64,000 bases of DNA. Source: Setoptus koraiensis. Its lineage: Eukaryota; Animalia; Arthropoda. The DNA is taken from the NCBI GenBank assembly GCA_048013815.1, contig CM106585.1:22506001-22570000 (forward strand). The letters are read 5' to 3'. Within the stretch, counting starts at the first letter, position 1. Each line of letters starts with the position of its first letter. Below, piece after piece: positions 27,303-37,700 of the stretch. The position numbers and the translations under genes are program-made. Below the pieces are notes generated by a model. It did no database searches. It had not been told where the DNA came from and saw only the letters and a program-made list of their open reading frames with translations.

Positions 27303-28216
27303 TTGGTTAATTGTTGTAATGTAATAGCTTGTTTTAAAAGTAGTTGATACGATTAAATCGAATTGAAAGTTTCACGTTCGCAGTATTTAAATATACAACT
27401 TTACATGACGATATCGAGCAGCCCTTCACAGGTTCTTATATCTAGTCAAATTATTTCTGATATGATGTATATTCAACCGAAGACTTCTTAATTGGAAGCC
27501 TGAAACTGCATTATCTGCTTGTTTGTGAGAGCAAGTTTAATTGGTTCGCTGCTTTGTACTTGTCTTTAGTTATTGATTGGATTAAATTCATCGCGACCAC
27601 TTTTTACAATTATAGAACTCTCAGCAAATGCTATTGCTGTACTCAATACGTGTCCTTATGTCCATTTTGTGCGAGTGTACCGGTAGTTCCGATTGGTTCC
27701 AATCTAGAACACGTGACACACAATGTCAAGCTCTCACTTCCTAGACCAGATCTCACTGAGAGACTACTAGGGACCTTGCATTTGGATCATATTATCTCTC
27801 ACTCATTTATATACCATATCACCAACAAATACATTTTGGTATTTATTGTAAAGTTCATTAGAATGACAGGTCAGTCGACATGTATCACTCCTGAACAAAC
27901 CACACACTCCTAACAAGTGTCACTCATTACATATATTAGACTTCCACTGCACAATCTCTACATGTAACATGTAACGATTCGTGTTTTCTCTTTCAAACTT
28001 TGCGCCAGTCGACGCACGTGTAGTATATGTATGAGCATGTGGCCAGCCACGAATGCGTGACTTCAATTGACGAGATATATTTGCCATCGTTTATCATTGC
28101 TTTTTTTATTCTTTTATTCAATGCCCATGAGCGATGCATCCATGTTATTAATAAAATCAATCCTCTCATTCAGATCAACTCTATTTGGATCGACAACAGG
28201 AAGCAATCAACCAAAG

Positions 28217-29062
28217 ATGGATTTAGAAGAGACTCCGCAACAACCCGATTTAAGTAGATTGGCAGTCCACAGGGTCAACTTATATCGTCCTTTGCCTACC
28301 TCAATAAATTGTATGGCACTGAGTCCATTGACGAGATATGATTGACATCGTATGATTGATATTAGCAAACGACTGAAAATCAGCAAAAAGAAAACCAAAA
28401 GAAGAAAAAAAAGCCCCCAAACCGACAGCTCAGACAGTAGCAGTAGCTCGGATGATAAGAACGATCAAGTTGAATATCTTGATGTCAAAGTATTTGGTGG
28501 ATCTTTAGGGGATGTTGTCGTTTGGGATCTGAAAACGGGATCCATATTAGAAACTATTCACATTGGTGATGAAGACGTCGTTGCATGGGCGTTATTGACC
28601 ACTAAAAGTGGCGAGTTAGTTGTTGGAGACTCAAACGGATTCACGTCTATCTACGAATCTACTTCATTGACATGTAAACAAAGAGTAAATTTGCATACAG
28701 CTGACGTATTATGTTTATCGAAGACAGATAATGAAAATGAGATTTTTATATCAGGTATTGATAATATTATTCGCAGCATTGCAAAGTACGCAAATGATGA
28801 TATGTGGGTTCCAAAAACAAAGAGGCATGTACATAGTCATGATGTTCGAAGCTTAGCCACATACAAGGATACCGGTTTATTTTCTGGTGGATCAGACTTC
28901 TTTCTGGCGCAAACATGTTATCCAGACGCAAAGAAAACCTACTTTATGCCCAACCTATCTGAACATTTAAAATTCAATAAACCCGACGAACTCATGATGC
29001 AGAATGAAGCCTTTTTGATTACTTGGAAGTTAGCTGGTTACGACCAGTTTTTCGTTGTTTGA
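28217..29062 (+). pseudogene. UTP4: UTP4/cirhin (U3 snoRNP WD40 protein) pseudogene with internal deletion, in-frame stop and 3' truncation
   Basis: The N-terminus LAVHRVNLYRPLPTSINCMALS resembles the UTP4 start (VHRVRF...P..I.C.A). After an in-frame TGA (28343-28345) the same frame gives mid-protein WD repeats (GDVVVWDLKTGS, VVGDSNGFTSIYE, LHTADVLCLS, ISGIDNII, HVHSHDVRSLA, LFSGGSD) and ends at 29062. Confidence 0.72.
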
Positions 29063-29546
29063 TACGTGACAGCTCATATTGATCATGGTGAGCTGTTTTT
29101 GTTGCTGTCCCAAATGGCGCGAACATTTCCACTGGCTGAGCATGTCGCGGTGAACTATCTGATGTTCTGGAGTATTTTGCTCTTTTCATGCACCGGAAAT
29201 TGCACAAATCCCAGAAAATGAGCTCTGATTCGTGCGCTTGTTGTTGATGGAGGTCAGAATAAATTGATTGTTGTCGCTGAACTGCGGACTCACCACAGGA
29301 TACCGGCTCTGATTAAATATAGTATATTGTCGATAATTGAAATTTGGAGCCGATCGACAACGAGCAAGCTAATAAGTGCATTGATTTAGGCACATATTGA
29401 GACACATTTGTAAGTATATTATCATTATTATCATCGTTAAGATGTTCTCGTCTCGTGCCCATTAGTGTGATAGCTTTCTTTATTTGATCAGAGCCATTAA
29501 TGCTTTTTAAGACCCGTTTAAGATTCAAACCCGATCGTGCTTTGAT

Positions 29547-29700
29547 GGCCTTTGGCCTTCATAATGAAAGCCTGGGTTTTTTTTATTAGAGGTCGTCCTA
29601 GAGTGGCCTAAAGTGGGCTTTTATTATAAAAACCAAAGGTAATTAAAGCTCGGTTTGGCGTTCATTCTGGCCCGCATTCTCATTATGAAGGCCAGGGGCC
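29547..29700. mobile_element. Possible MITE-like inverted-repeat element
   Basis: Perfect 15-bp inverted repeat tggccttcataatga (29553-29567) / tcattatgaaggcca (29680-29694), extended by flanking ggcc, around an AT-rich non-coding core. No clear TSD seen. Confidence 0.35.
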
Positions 29701-30275
29701 TTGAACCATTAAGGCCGACACACTAGTGCCGATTTTATGCAACGAATGGCCCTCCTTTCCTAAGGCAAGCGGACAGCGTCAATCTGGCGCCCATCTGAGC
29801 GGCTGAGCTCTGATTCGTGCGATAGCCCAATTATTTCTCACTACCCGTGTAAAACCATATTGGGCCATTTGCAGCGACGAACTATGGCACCACACAAATT
29901 CTAAAATTAACAACTGTATATCCTTATGACGACATATCGGGCTAATTTTGTTGCAGCGCTATAGTATATATCGTGCCTATCAGGTAAACGAAAGAGAAGA
30001 TGCTGCGAGAAAAAGACTCGTTTTATTATCCTGTCTCTTACTGTTTATTGATTCATTTCAGCATTCGTTTTCAACAACAACCTAGCACAATTGAATTTGT
30101 TTCCGGTCGCGAACTCGCTCTCGGTCATTTCCAATCTTCCATCCTTATTCTGCTAAAACATTGTTGATTCGTTTGTTCAATATTCACCAGGTCAAATATA
30201 AGTGTGGTTCCAGCATGTGGTTCCAGCATATAGTTCGTTTAAAGCTGATGAGAACCATCTCAATTTAATGTTGAA

Positions 30276-30458
30276 TCACTTGCGTCCAAGATTTTCCAAA
30301 TCTTGTCCTATTGGGGCAGTAAGCACTCCGTCAAAAATGGATTCTACAAGATTTAGCAAACCTGAATCCTGAGCGAAGCATGGTTGTATTATATCCGTTG
30401 CCGCCATCAGAAAGAAAGCGAACAGGCATAGACAAAGAACAAATGAAGTTTTCATCAT
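30276..30458 (-). CDS. Small secreted peptide precursor, paralog A (60 aa)
   Basis: MMKTSFVLCLCLFAFFLMAATDIIQPCFA|QDSGLLNLVESIFDGVLTAPIGQDLENLGRK: hydrophobic signal peptide with a C-F-A cleavage site; closely similar paralog at 32361-32546. Confidence 0.8.
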   Translation of the reverse strand: MMKTSFVLCLCLFAFFLMAATDIIQPCFAQDSGLLNLVESIFDGVLTAPIGQDLENLGRK

Positions 30459-31421
30459 GATTGGATAATTACGGCCGGTTGAATGATTTTGCGTTTTGCG
30501 TTTGGTGAGTCCTGTGTTGCAATGAATGACAACTAATTGAACTAATTGACAACTATTTGAAGCTGATTACACTTGTCAGGGGAGCTTTCGACTGATGGTA
30601 CCAGAGAGTAAAACAGAGAGTTTAAATACTTTCTCTCAATCGAGAAACTCTAAGCCGAATATTGGAACTGCGACAACTAATTCCGCAATAATTGACTTAC
30701 AATTGATAGTCGAAATCACTCGTTGGGATTTATGAAAATTCCCCATTCCAATAAAACTTCGTGTCTGCCGCCTGCATAAGTAATAAATCTCTGATCCTCT
30801 TTCCTCTGTTGGGAACTTTCAAATTCAAAGCGCCAGACAATTGTCACATGAGTATACTGTATATAATTCCTTTGTTTATGCCGATTTTATGGAAGGTATC
30901 AATTGATTGCAGGCTCTTTTTTGGGCTATCTTAATTATTTTCATCTAGTCAGAGCGCATGAGGCAATTGTTTATTACAGCGAGTGACAAGTTATTGGGTG
31001 CAATCTTTATTTTTAGAGTGTGTGGCTGGTGATGGTACAAATAAAAGTCTCATGTGCCGTCGTATAATCCTGGCTCAAGGCCACTGTTAAGCACCCCAGT
31101 GATAAGATCAAGCCAGACGGGTGAAGCCAGACGTTTCTCTGGTCCACGGTAAGCTCATGTGGTTGCATTCTGGCCGCCGGTGCATAAAAAAAGTCGCTAG
31201 AGTTCTCGCTCGCGGGGAACCGCGTTATGTGATTTATTGGGAAGAGAATGCGCGCATCCCCTGAGTTGCGACCGAGAGGTCTCGCTAGTACCTCTGTCTG
31301 CTTGCTGCCAACTTATTGCTGGTGCTGATGGTGAAACGGTGACACGTAACAGTTCATTTTCCGGGCAAAAGTGGCCGCGTAAGTGTGAGTAACTGATGGC
31401 CATTGTTGTCGGGCGCCAGAT

Positions 31422-31498
31422 ACAACATGGTGGATGGTTATTCAAGTTGCTGATACTGTCATTCAGACAGCAACTTGAAAAAATCCGCCGCTTGTTGT
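31422..31498. ncRNA. Pre-miRNA-like hairpin (candidate)
   Basis: Perfect 12-bp stem ttcaagttgctg (31441-31452) / cagcaacttgaa (31468-31479) with a 15-nt loop, extended by ggtggat/atccgcc and acaaca/tgttgt. No match to a miRNA I recognise. Confidence 0.35.
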
Positions 31499-32360
31499 TG
31501 GCATCGCATGTCAATAGTACCGGCGCGTGTGTCCGGCCCCGGCAACTTGACTGTGCGTCGCTGAAATTGCTGACAGATCGCTGGGACCAATTGACAATTG
31601 TGGACAAAGTTGTTTGTTCGATTGATGAGCTAGATTCTGACTGGGCAATTTCCGACTGTCAAACTCGCTAGCTCGGTAGCCAGAGTTAAAGCATTGAAGA
31701 CAAACAACCTTCGAGATGAATGTTAGACGAAACTTATCTCAGAGTCACTTTGCAGTCTCAACTCACAGGGCGCACACTCTTTTTTTTCCCAACCAATCAC
31801 ATCGGTTCCCCACGACGAAGACTAACGAGAACTCGAGCGACGTTTTTTATGCGCCGGCGGCCTGAATGCAACCACACCAGCGTCTCCGTGTCAGAGACGC
31901 GTCTGGCGTCACTCATTGTTTCATCTTATCACTCGGATGCTCAACAGCGCCCATGAGACAGGATTATTGCCGTCTATTTATTGCGACGGGATGAGTTTCT
32001 GTTCAGGGTTATTATTATTCATGCCTCCACTAAGAGCACACCCCATTGACAAAGATTGCATCTAATTGTTTGTCACTCGTTGCAGAAAACAATTGTCTCA
32101 TGCTCTCTAATGAAATAAAAATCAATAAGATCTCAAACCAAATAGCCGCTTCTTGATAATTTAAATCTATAGCGGATTCAGATCTCAAATAGTGTAACTG
32201 TATAGAGACCGAAACAGAAATCTACTGTGTGAATTCAAAAAATCTAATCGTCAAAACCGCAGAAAAGTGTTTCTTTACCATCGGTGCGGAAGTTTTAGAG
32301 GTGAGGGACGAGATGATACAGATCGACACTGACTACGACACAATATTTGTGGTTCCAAAC

Positions 32361-32546
32361 ATGATGAAAACTTCCTTTGCTTTTTGTCTATGCCTGTTCG
32401 CTTTCTTTCTGATGGTGGCAACGGATATAATACAACCATGCTTCGCCCAGGATCCAGGTTTTCTAAATATTGCCGAGGCTATTTTTAACCAATTGTCTGA
32501 CGTTCTTGACGAACCACCGGATCTAAGCGGTCTTCCATGCAAATAA
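32361..32546 (+). CDS. Small secreted peptide precursor, paralog B (61 aa)
   Basis: MMKTSFAFCLCLFAFFLMVATDIIQPCFA|QDPGFLNIAEAIFNQLSDVLDEPPDLSGLPCK: signal peptide differs from paralog A at only three of the first 29 positions; mature part diverged. Confidence 0.8.
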   Translation: MMKTSFAFCLCLFAFFLMVATDIIQPCFAQDPGFLNIAEAIFNQLSDVLDEPPDLSGLPCK

Positions 32547-32627
32547 TTCATCATTGGATCGAGATGGTCCTCGTCAGCTTTAAAAGAACAATATGCTGGA
32601 ACCACACTTGTTTTTGACCTGGTGAAT

Positions 32628-32850
32628 TGTCTGGAACACTATTTGGCTCTTTATCCAACCGGGGCTTATTTAGATAAAGCTTCCGATGCTTTACAAAAGT
32701 TAGAAGAACGTCTTATGCATAAAAGCTTCGAAGCTGCTGCGCTCTATGTGCGTTTAGGCTATTATAATGCTGCTATTGTAGCAATGAAAAACTTTCAGCA
32801 AGCCTATCCACAAAGTCCTTTCAAGGAAAAAGTACTGCGTCTATTGATTA
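32628..32850 (+). pseudogene. bamD: Internal fragment of a Bacteroidetes outer-membrane assembly lipoprotein BamD (Cardinium/Amoebophilus-like)
   Basis: LEHYLALYPTGAYLDKASDALQKLEERLMHKSFEAAALYVRLGYYNAAIVAMKNFQQAYPQSPFKEKVLRLLI matches the BamD TPR3-5 pattern (YP.S.Y...A...L..L...L..K.F..A.LY...G.Y.AA.....NF...YP.S...E). No signal peptide or N-terminal half; the frame runs into unrelated AT-rich sequence. Confidence 0.82.
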
Positions 32851-33167
32851 TCTTGAATCTAAAAATTATTAAACTGATGGTAAAAAATTTTATGCAATAA
32901 CATAGTTTACGTTTAAAAAATGTTTAGAGAAATTTTTTATAAAAATATAAGTATTATTAAAAATCAATAAATAATGAAACTTTTTCTTTTTTATATATGA
33001 AAAACCAAAAAGGTAAAACTGAAAGATCTGGTAAAATTTTTACTATTTAGCTATTTAAGCGTATTGATTCCATCAGTTGTATAATGGTTGTTTATTTAAA
33101 AATTTTTATTTATAATTGGTGCTAATAATTTTAAAAAAAACTTAATAATGAATTAGTAACTAAAAAA

Positions 33168-33175
33168 TATATTTG
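33168..33175 (+). promoter_or_regulatory. Bacteroidetes-type -7 promoter element (TAnnTTTG)
   Basis: TATATTTG about 150 bp upstream of the ATG at 33326. The start codon has an A-rich leader (ataaaaaaataaaATG) without a Shine-Dalgarno, as is typical of Bacteroidetes. No -33 TTTG seen. Confidence 0.5.
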
Positions 33176-33325
33176 CGTTGTAATTGTCAAAACAAAATAA
33201 AATTTACAGTTCATCTAAGTCAAATAATGGTAAAATTAAATAACTAATTTACCAAGATTATGCATCCATCTTAATTCAGATTGTTGCAACAGTTTCTACT
33301 AATTTTTTAACCATAAAAAAATAAA

Positions 33326-33865
33326 ATGCTATCAAATATCATTAAAAGTAAACTCAATATCTGTAAGGGTAGCCTTTTTATTGGTCTTTTAACTTGTAAC
33401 AGTTTATTCTCTTGTACAAATAGAAAACAGATGTTAGGAATCAAAGACCAAGTATCTCAGACACAACAACCACTAATCATAGACACAGAAGGACGAGATA
33501 CAGAATTTATAGAAATGGGACAATTTGAAAGATCTAGCGTTGCTAGACTATTAGACAATAGTACAGTTAGTCTAAATCAAGCAAGAGGAAAAACTAGCTG
33601 TCCCAAATCGTTAAAATGGGTAACTGTTACTACATTGTTCGCCATAGCTTGCGGTGTTACAGTGTACTATTATTACTTTGATCATTCAACTACAAATAAC
33701 ATAATAAATACAAATAACACAAGCTACCTAGAATCAATAAAAAAACATCTGCTAGAATGGAGAAAAAAATATAAAAAAACATCAAACGAATTTCTAAAAC
33801 AATACACTAACAATACTTATGAACCTATGAAATCCACTACTGATGCAATATTTATTCATAATTAA
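33326..33865 (+). CDS. Hypothetical bacterial lipoprotein/membrane protein, Cardinium-like (179 aa)
   Basis: Intact AT-rich intronless ORF with a basic N-region, a hydrophobic stretch and lipobox LFSC (Cys30), a second TM segment WVTVTTLFAIACGVTVYYYYF and a K/N-rich tail; adjacent to the bamD fragment. Confidence 0.7.
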   Translation: MLSNIIKSKLNICKGSLFIGLLTCNSLFSCTNRKQMLGIKDQVSQTQQPLIIDTEGRDTEFIEMGQFERSSVARLLDNSTVSLNQARGKTSCPKSLKWVTVTTLFAIACGVTVYYYYFDHSTTNNIINTNNTSYLESIKKHLLEWRKKYKKTSNEFLKQYTNNTYEPMKSTTDAIFIHN

Positions 33866-34076
33866 TTAGAATTCATATTAAATATGTCTACTAGGGTAGT
33901 CAATAGGTTACTTATTTCAAGTTTATGTATAAATACCTGACTATGTAAATAGTTTGATTTTAATCAAATTTTTACGCATTTAACTATTAAAAAACTTTAA
34001 TTTTGAATAAAATCGGCTATATATAATCCAAAATGTCAGTACACTCACCCGACCAACCCCTCCCCAACAATTCAAA

Positions 34077-34282
34077 AAAAAAATAAAAAATAAAAAAATA
34101 AAAAAAAAAAAAAAAAAGCAAAACAAAACAAAACAAAAAAAAAAAAAACAAAAAATAAAAAAAAAAAAAAAAAAAAATAAAAAAAAAAAAAAAAAAAACA
34201 ACAATAAAAAAAAAAAAAAAAAAATAAAAAAAAAAAAAAACAAAAAAAATAACTAAAAAATAAAAAAATATAAAAAAAATAA
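34077..34282. repeat. A-rich low-complexity tract at the contig end (probable sequencing artefact)
   Basis: Irregular poly-A with scattered C/T and no G, directly before the N gap. Confidence 0.7.
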
Positions 34283-34782
34283 NNNNNNNNNNNNNNNNNN
34301 NNNNNNNNNNNNNNNNNNNNNNNNNNNNNNNNNNNNNNNNNNNNNNNNNNNNNNNNNNNNNNNNNNNNNNNNNNNNNNNNNNNNNNNNNNNNNNNNNNNN
34401 NNNNNNNNNNNNNNNNNNNNNNNNNNNNNNNNNNNNNNNNNNNNNNNNNNNNNNNNNNNNNNNNNNNNNNNNNNNNNNNNNNNNNNNNNNNNNNNNNNNN
34501 NNNNNNNNNNNNNNNNNNNNNNNNNNNNNNNNNNNNNNNNNNNNNNNNNNNNNNNNNNNNNNNNNNNNNNNNNNNNNNNNNNNNNNNNNNNNNNNNNNNN
34601 NNNNNNNNNNNNNNNNNNNNNNNNNNNNNNNNNNNNNNNNNNNNNNNNNNNNNNNNNNNNNNNNNNNNNNNNNNNNNNNNNNNNNNNNNNNNNNNNNNNN
34701 NNNNNNNNNNNNNNNNNNNNNNNNNNNNNNNNNNNNNNNNNNNNNNNNNNNNNNNNNNNNNNNNNNNNNNNNNNNNNNNNNN
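34283..34782. other. Assembly gap (500 N)
   Basis: Run of N of round length, typical of a scaffold placeholder. Confidence 1.
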
Positions 34783-37700
34783 ATATGAAAACTGGTAACA
34801 AAAACTGGTGTTCATGTCTCATACGTTCATGCGTTTTTCAATGCGCAAAGTAGATTAACTAATGATAACTTAATTAAGAAATGTATATTTATATACATTA
34901 AGTAATGTGCGTATAAGATAGTTGGTATAGTTTTTTGATCTACTTAGTTGGCGCCTGGCAAGGGCATCCATTCGTGTGCATGCAAATCAATTTGAATCTT
35001 ACAAGTCGGCACTGGCAACACTTATTATAGCTATCTATTCACTCGTTTGTTGTGGTCAATTTGATTCGTGTGGCGCAGCTTCAATCTGATCAAATGACCG
35101 ACAACAGCAGCGACAACAACGACGACAACAACAACGACAGCGACAACAACAACAACGACAACGACAACGGCAACGACATGTTGAAAGGAATTGCAAATTT
35201 CATTTTCGTGCAATTAGGCTAGTGATTACTTTCGACACGCTGGCTAGTCCCGTCGCTGTCTTGCTTGGGTTCGTTCAGCGTACACAGTATACGTTATGTT
35301 GTTAGGCATGTAAATTACATCATCTCTTGTGTAACACTTTATTGCACACTTTTTCTCTTGTTCTCAAATTTAGTTTTCATTTCACATTTGTTCGGACCAT
35401 TTCACATCATTGTGAGCTCACACATAATTGACAACAACACTCTCTGGTGGCTATTTTATTTATCCATCTTGATATTTGAAATATCTTGAAATTGATAGAC
35501 CGAACAAACGTGAGCGAACTATGCTCTTGAACAAGACGAATCGGGACGGCATGTATGGCGACAAAACAACTTTGTCATATCTGACTGGTAGGCAGGGCGA
35601 GAGCCACCAACGGTTCATTGGGCTATCCGTTCGCAATTTTATTTTGTATCTTTTATCTGTATTGTATGTATGTATGGTCATGACTCATGAGTCGGTCACT
35701 TTCTCCTTGAAATCACCCCTATACACAGTTCAATTCAATTCATTTCATTTTAACATTGCTGTCAAGCTATCAGTGGTTACTTGCTACAGAAAGATTAGAC
35801 CGGAAGTGGTGCTCACACAAATGCAATCTGTTCTGTTTTTACCGCTACTGTTGTTGTTGTTGTTGTTGCTGCTGCTGCTGTCGCTACTGTTGTTGATAGT
35901 TGAGTAATACAAATTGATCGCACTCACTGGACACGAGAAGCTTTGACCACTCATCACTTAAATCAAAACCTGCTGATGAAGCTATCTCGAGTTGGTCACC
36001 TGTTGCTGCTGCTGCTGCTGTTGCTGTTAGTGTGTTATGTTGTCCATCACTTACGAATTGCAAATTGCCACTAGCTTGAATCGGCTAGCCAGCGATCAAG
36101 CCAATTTAAAGCATTCACTCTACTCTAGCGTGCATACTACAGGCCAGTAGTGAATCTGAATACAAATTCCAATTCCAACTTTTACTTATGCTTCTATTTC
36201 AAATACAATTATTCCAAAGCGACACAGAGCAAGCGAGAGACTCTTATTAGAGCGAGCATCATCGCCACTGAAAGCGACTCACAGTCAGTAATCTATCAAG
36301 CTACTTTTGACAAGACCACTGCTGCTGCTGCTACTAGTGCAACTACTACAACCAATGCTAGTGCAAGTTGCAGCTTATGCAACAACCTGTTACTTATTAG
36401 CCATTCATACTAACTAACTATAACATTGCTACTGTTTAATGTTGTTGCTCTTCTTCTTTCTACTCGGATGTGTGATTGTCGATTGATGGTGATGATGTTG
36501 TTTCTCGTATTTAACAATCTAAGCAACAAACAGTGAGATATAAGCAAATTGCATCACGGTCGTCGTCGCCGTCATCAACAAGTCATCATGTCAAGACTTG
36601 ATTTTAGCTTAGCTGCTGCAGTTGAATGTACACTACTGATACGCCACTACTGGTCATCACTGGCCACTTGTTGTGTCCATTCATCATTCGTCATGATATA
36701 TGGACTCTTCTAACGGTCTATCTTAATACGGTTTGTGTGTGTGTTGTGTCAGATAGAAAGATACTAGAGGGCCAGCGAGTGAGTCACTGTTTATCCGTCA
36801 ATGTTGCTCCGTTAGGCATATCGTTAGACAGTGCAAACAACATCAGTCATAAGTAGCAAACAACCTGTTACGACTTATTCATTCATTTGAATAGCTGAAC
36901 AGATATTATCAGTATGACTGCAGTCTATCTATCTCAATTATCAGCTATAGGCTATAACTAATAAATCACCCAACTCTCTCTTTATATGTCGGATATTGCG
37001 CTCAAACGGTCAGTTGTTGGCTGTGCAATCAACCATCCGTCTCCGACTTTACCCCTACATTCCGTTTGATTGGTTTATAGTACAGCCAGTAACAGCGATA
37101 CGCATTCTTGTCTAGGCATAGATATCATTATTATTATTATTATGACGATTACAACAACTACCGATTTACTCCACTCGCAAATCACGATGACAGTTATGGT
37201 CGATAGGTGGCGCTAGCTGGCTCTTTGCATCACGATTCGTAACTGTATGAACTCATAATGAACGGATGTCCCTCTCTCTTTGCACTGCTGATTGGCAGAA
37301 ATGGTTGGCGCCAGCGAGCACCAGATAACCAATGAACGGAAGTGGGTTAGTTGGCGTCCTCTCGGGGTGCAGAGCATATTTTTATCAAGTAAGCGGGCGA
37401 GTGCAACTTGCATGGGACCAATGTGGCGTGTATTGGTGCCATATGAAGTGAACTAAACCAATAACACATAGATATATGAGCCTGTGAGCAGTGTCAGTTA
37501 CGTAAGACGTTGGCTGACTCGCAATGTTTGTGAGCCCGCCGGGTCTACAATTGCGCACAACATTAGACTGACAGGTGTGAGATAATAAACAACAGGTGAA
37601 TTGTTGTTGCACTAGATGCGCGGCTTTTTGTTGTTGGCTCTGATGCAAATAACTTGCACAGATCATCTGAAGTTGTTGTTGTTGTTGCTGCTGTTCATTA

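Larger units (their letters stand above)
30181..32627. repeat. Diverged inverted segmental duplication (left arm ~30181-31290, right arm ~31740-32627)
   Basis: Reverse-complement matches in 3'UTR (30181-30262 vs 32560-32627), CDS and upstream DNA (30930-31010 vs 32050-32130; 31080-31290 vs 31740-31965, e.g. gtggttgcattctggccgccggtgcataaaaaa vs ttttttatgcgccggcggcctgaatgcaaccac). Confidence 0.92.

Noticed and set aside
33980-34822. Poly-Phe ORFs (33980-34243, 34072-34815, 34253-34822)
   Set aside because: Translations of the A-rich artefact tract and the N gap.
35926-35999. Minus-strand exon-like segment caacag|GDQLEIASSAGFDLSDEWSKLLVS|gtgagt
   Set aside because: Phase 1 start is incompatible with the phase-2 end of Ig exon 7, and it is not Ig-like.
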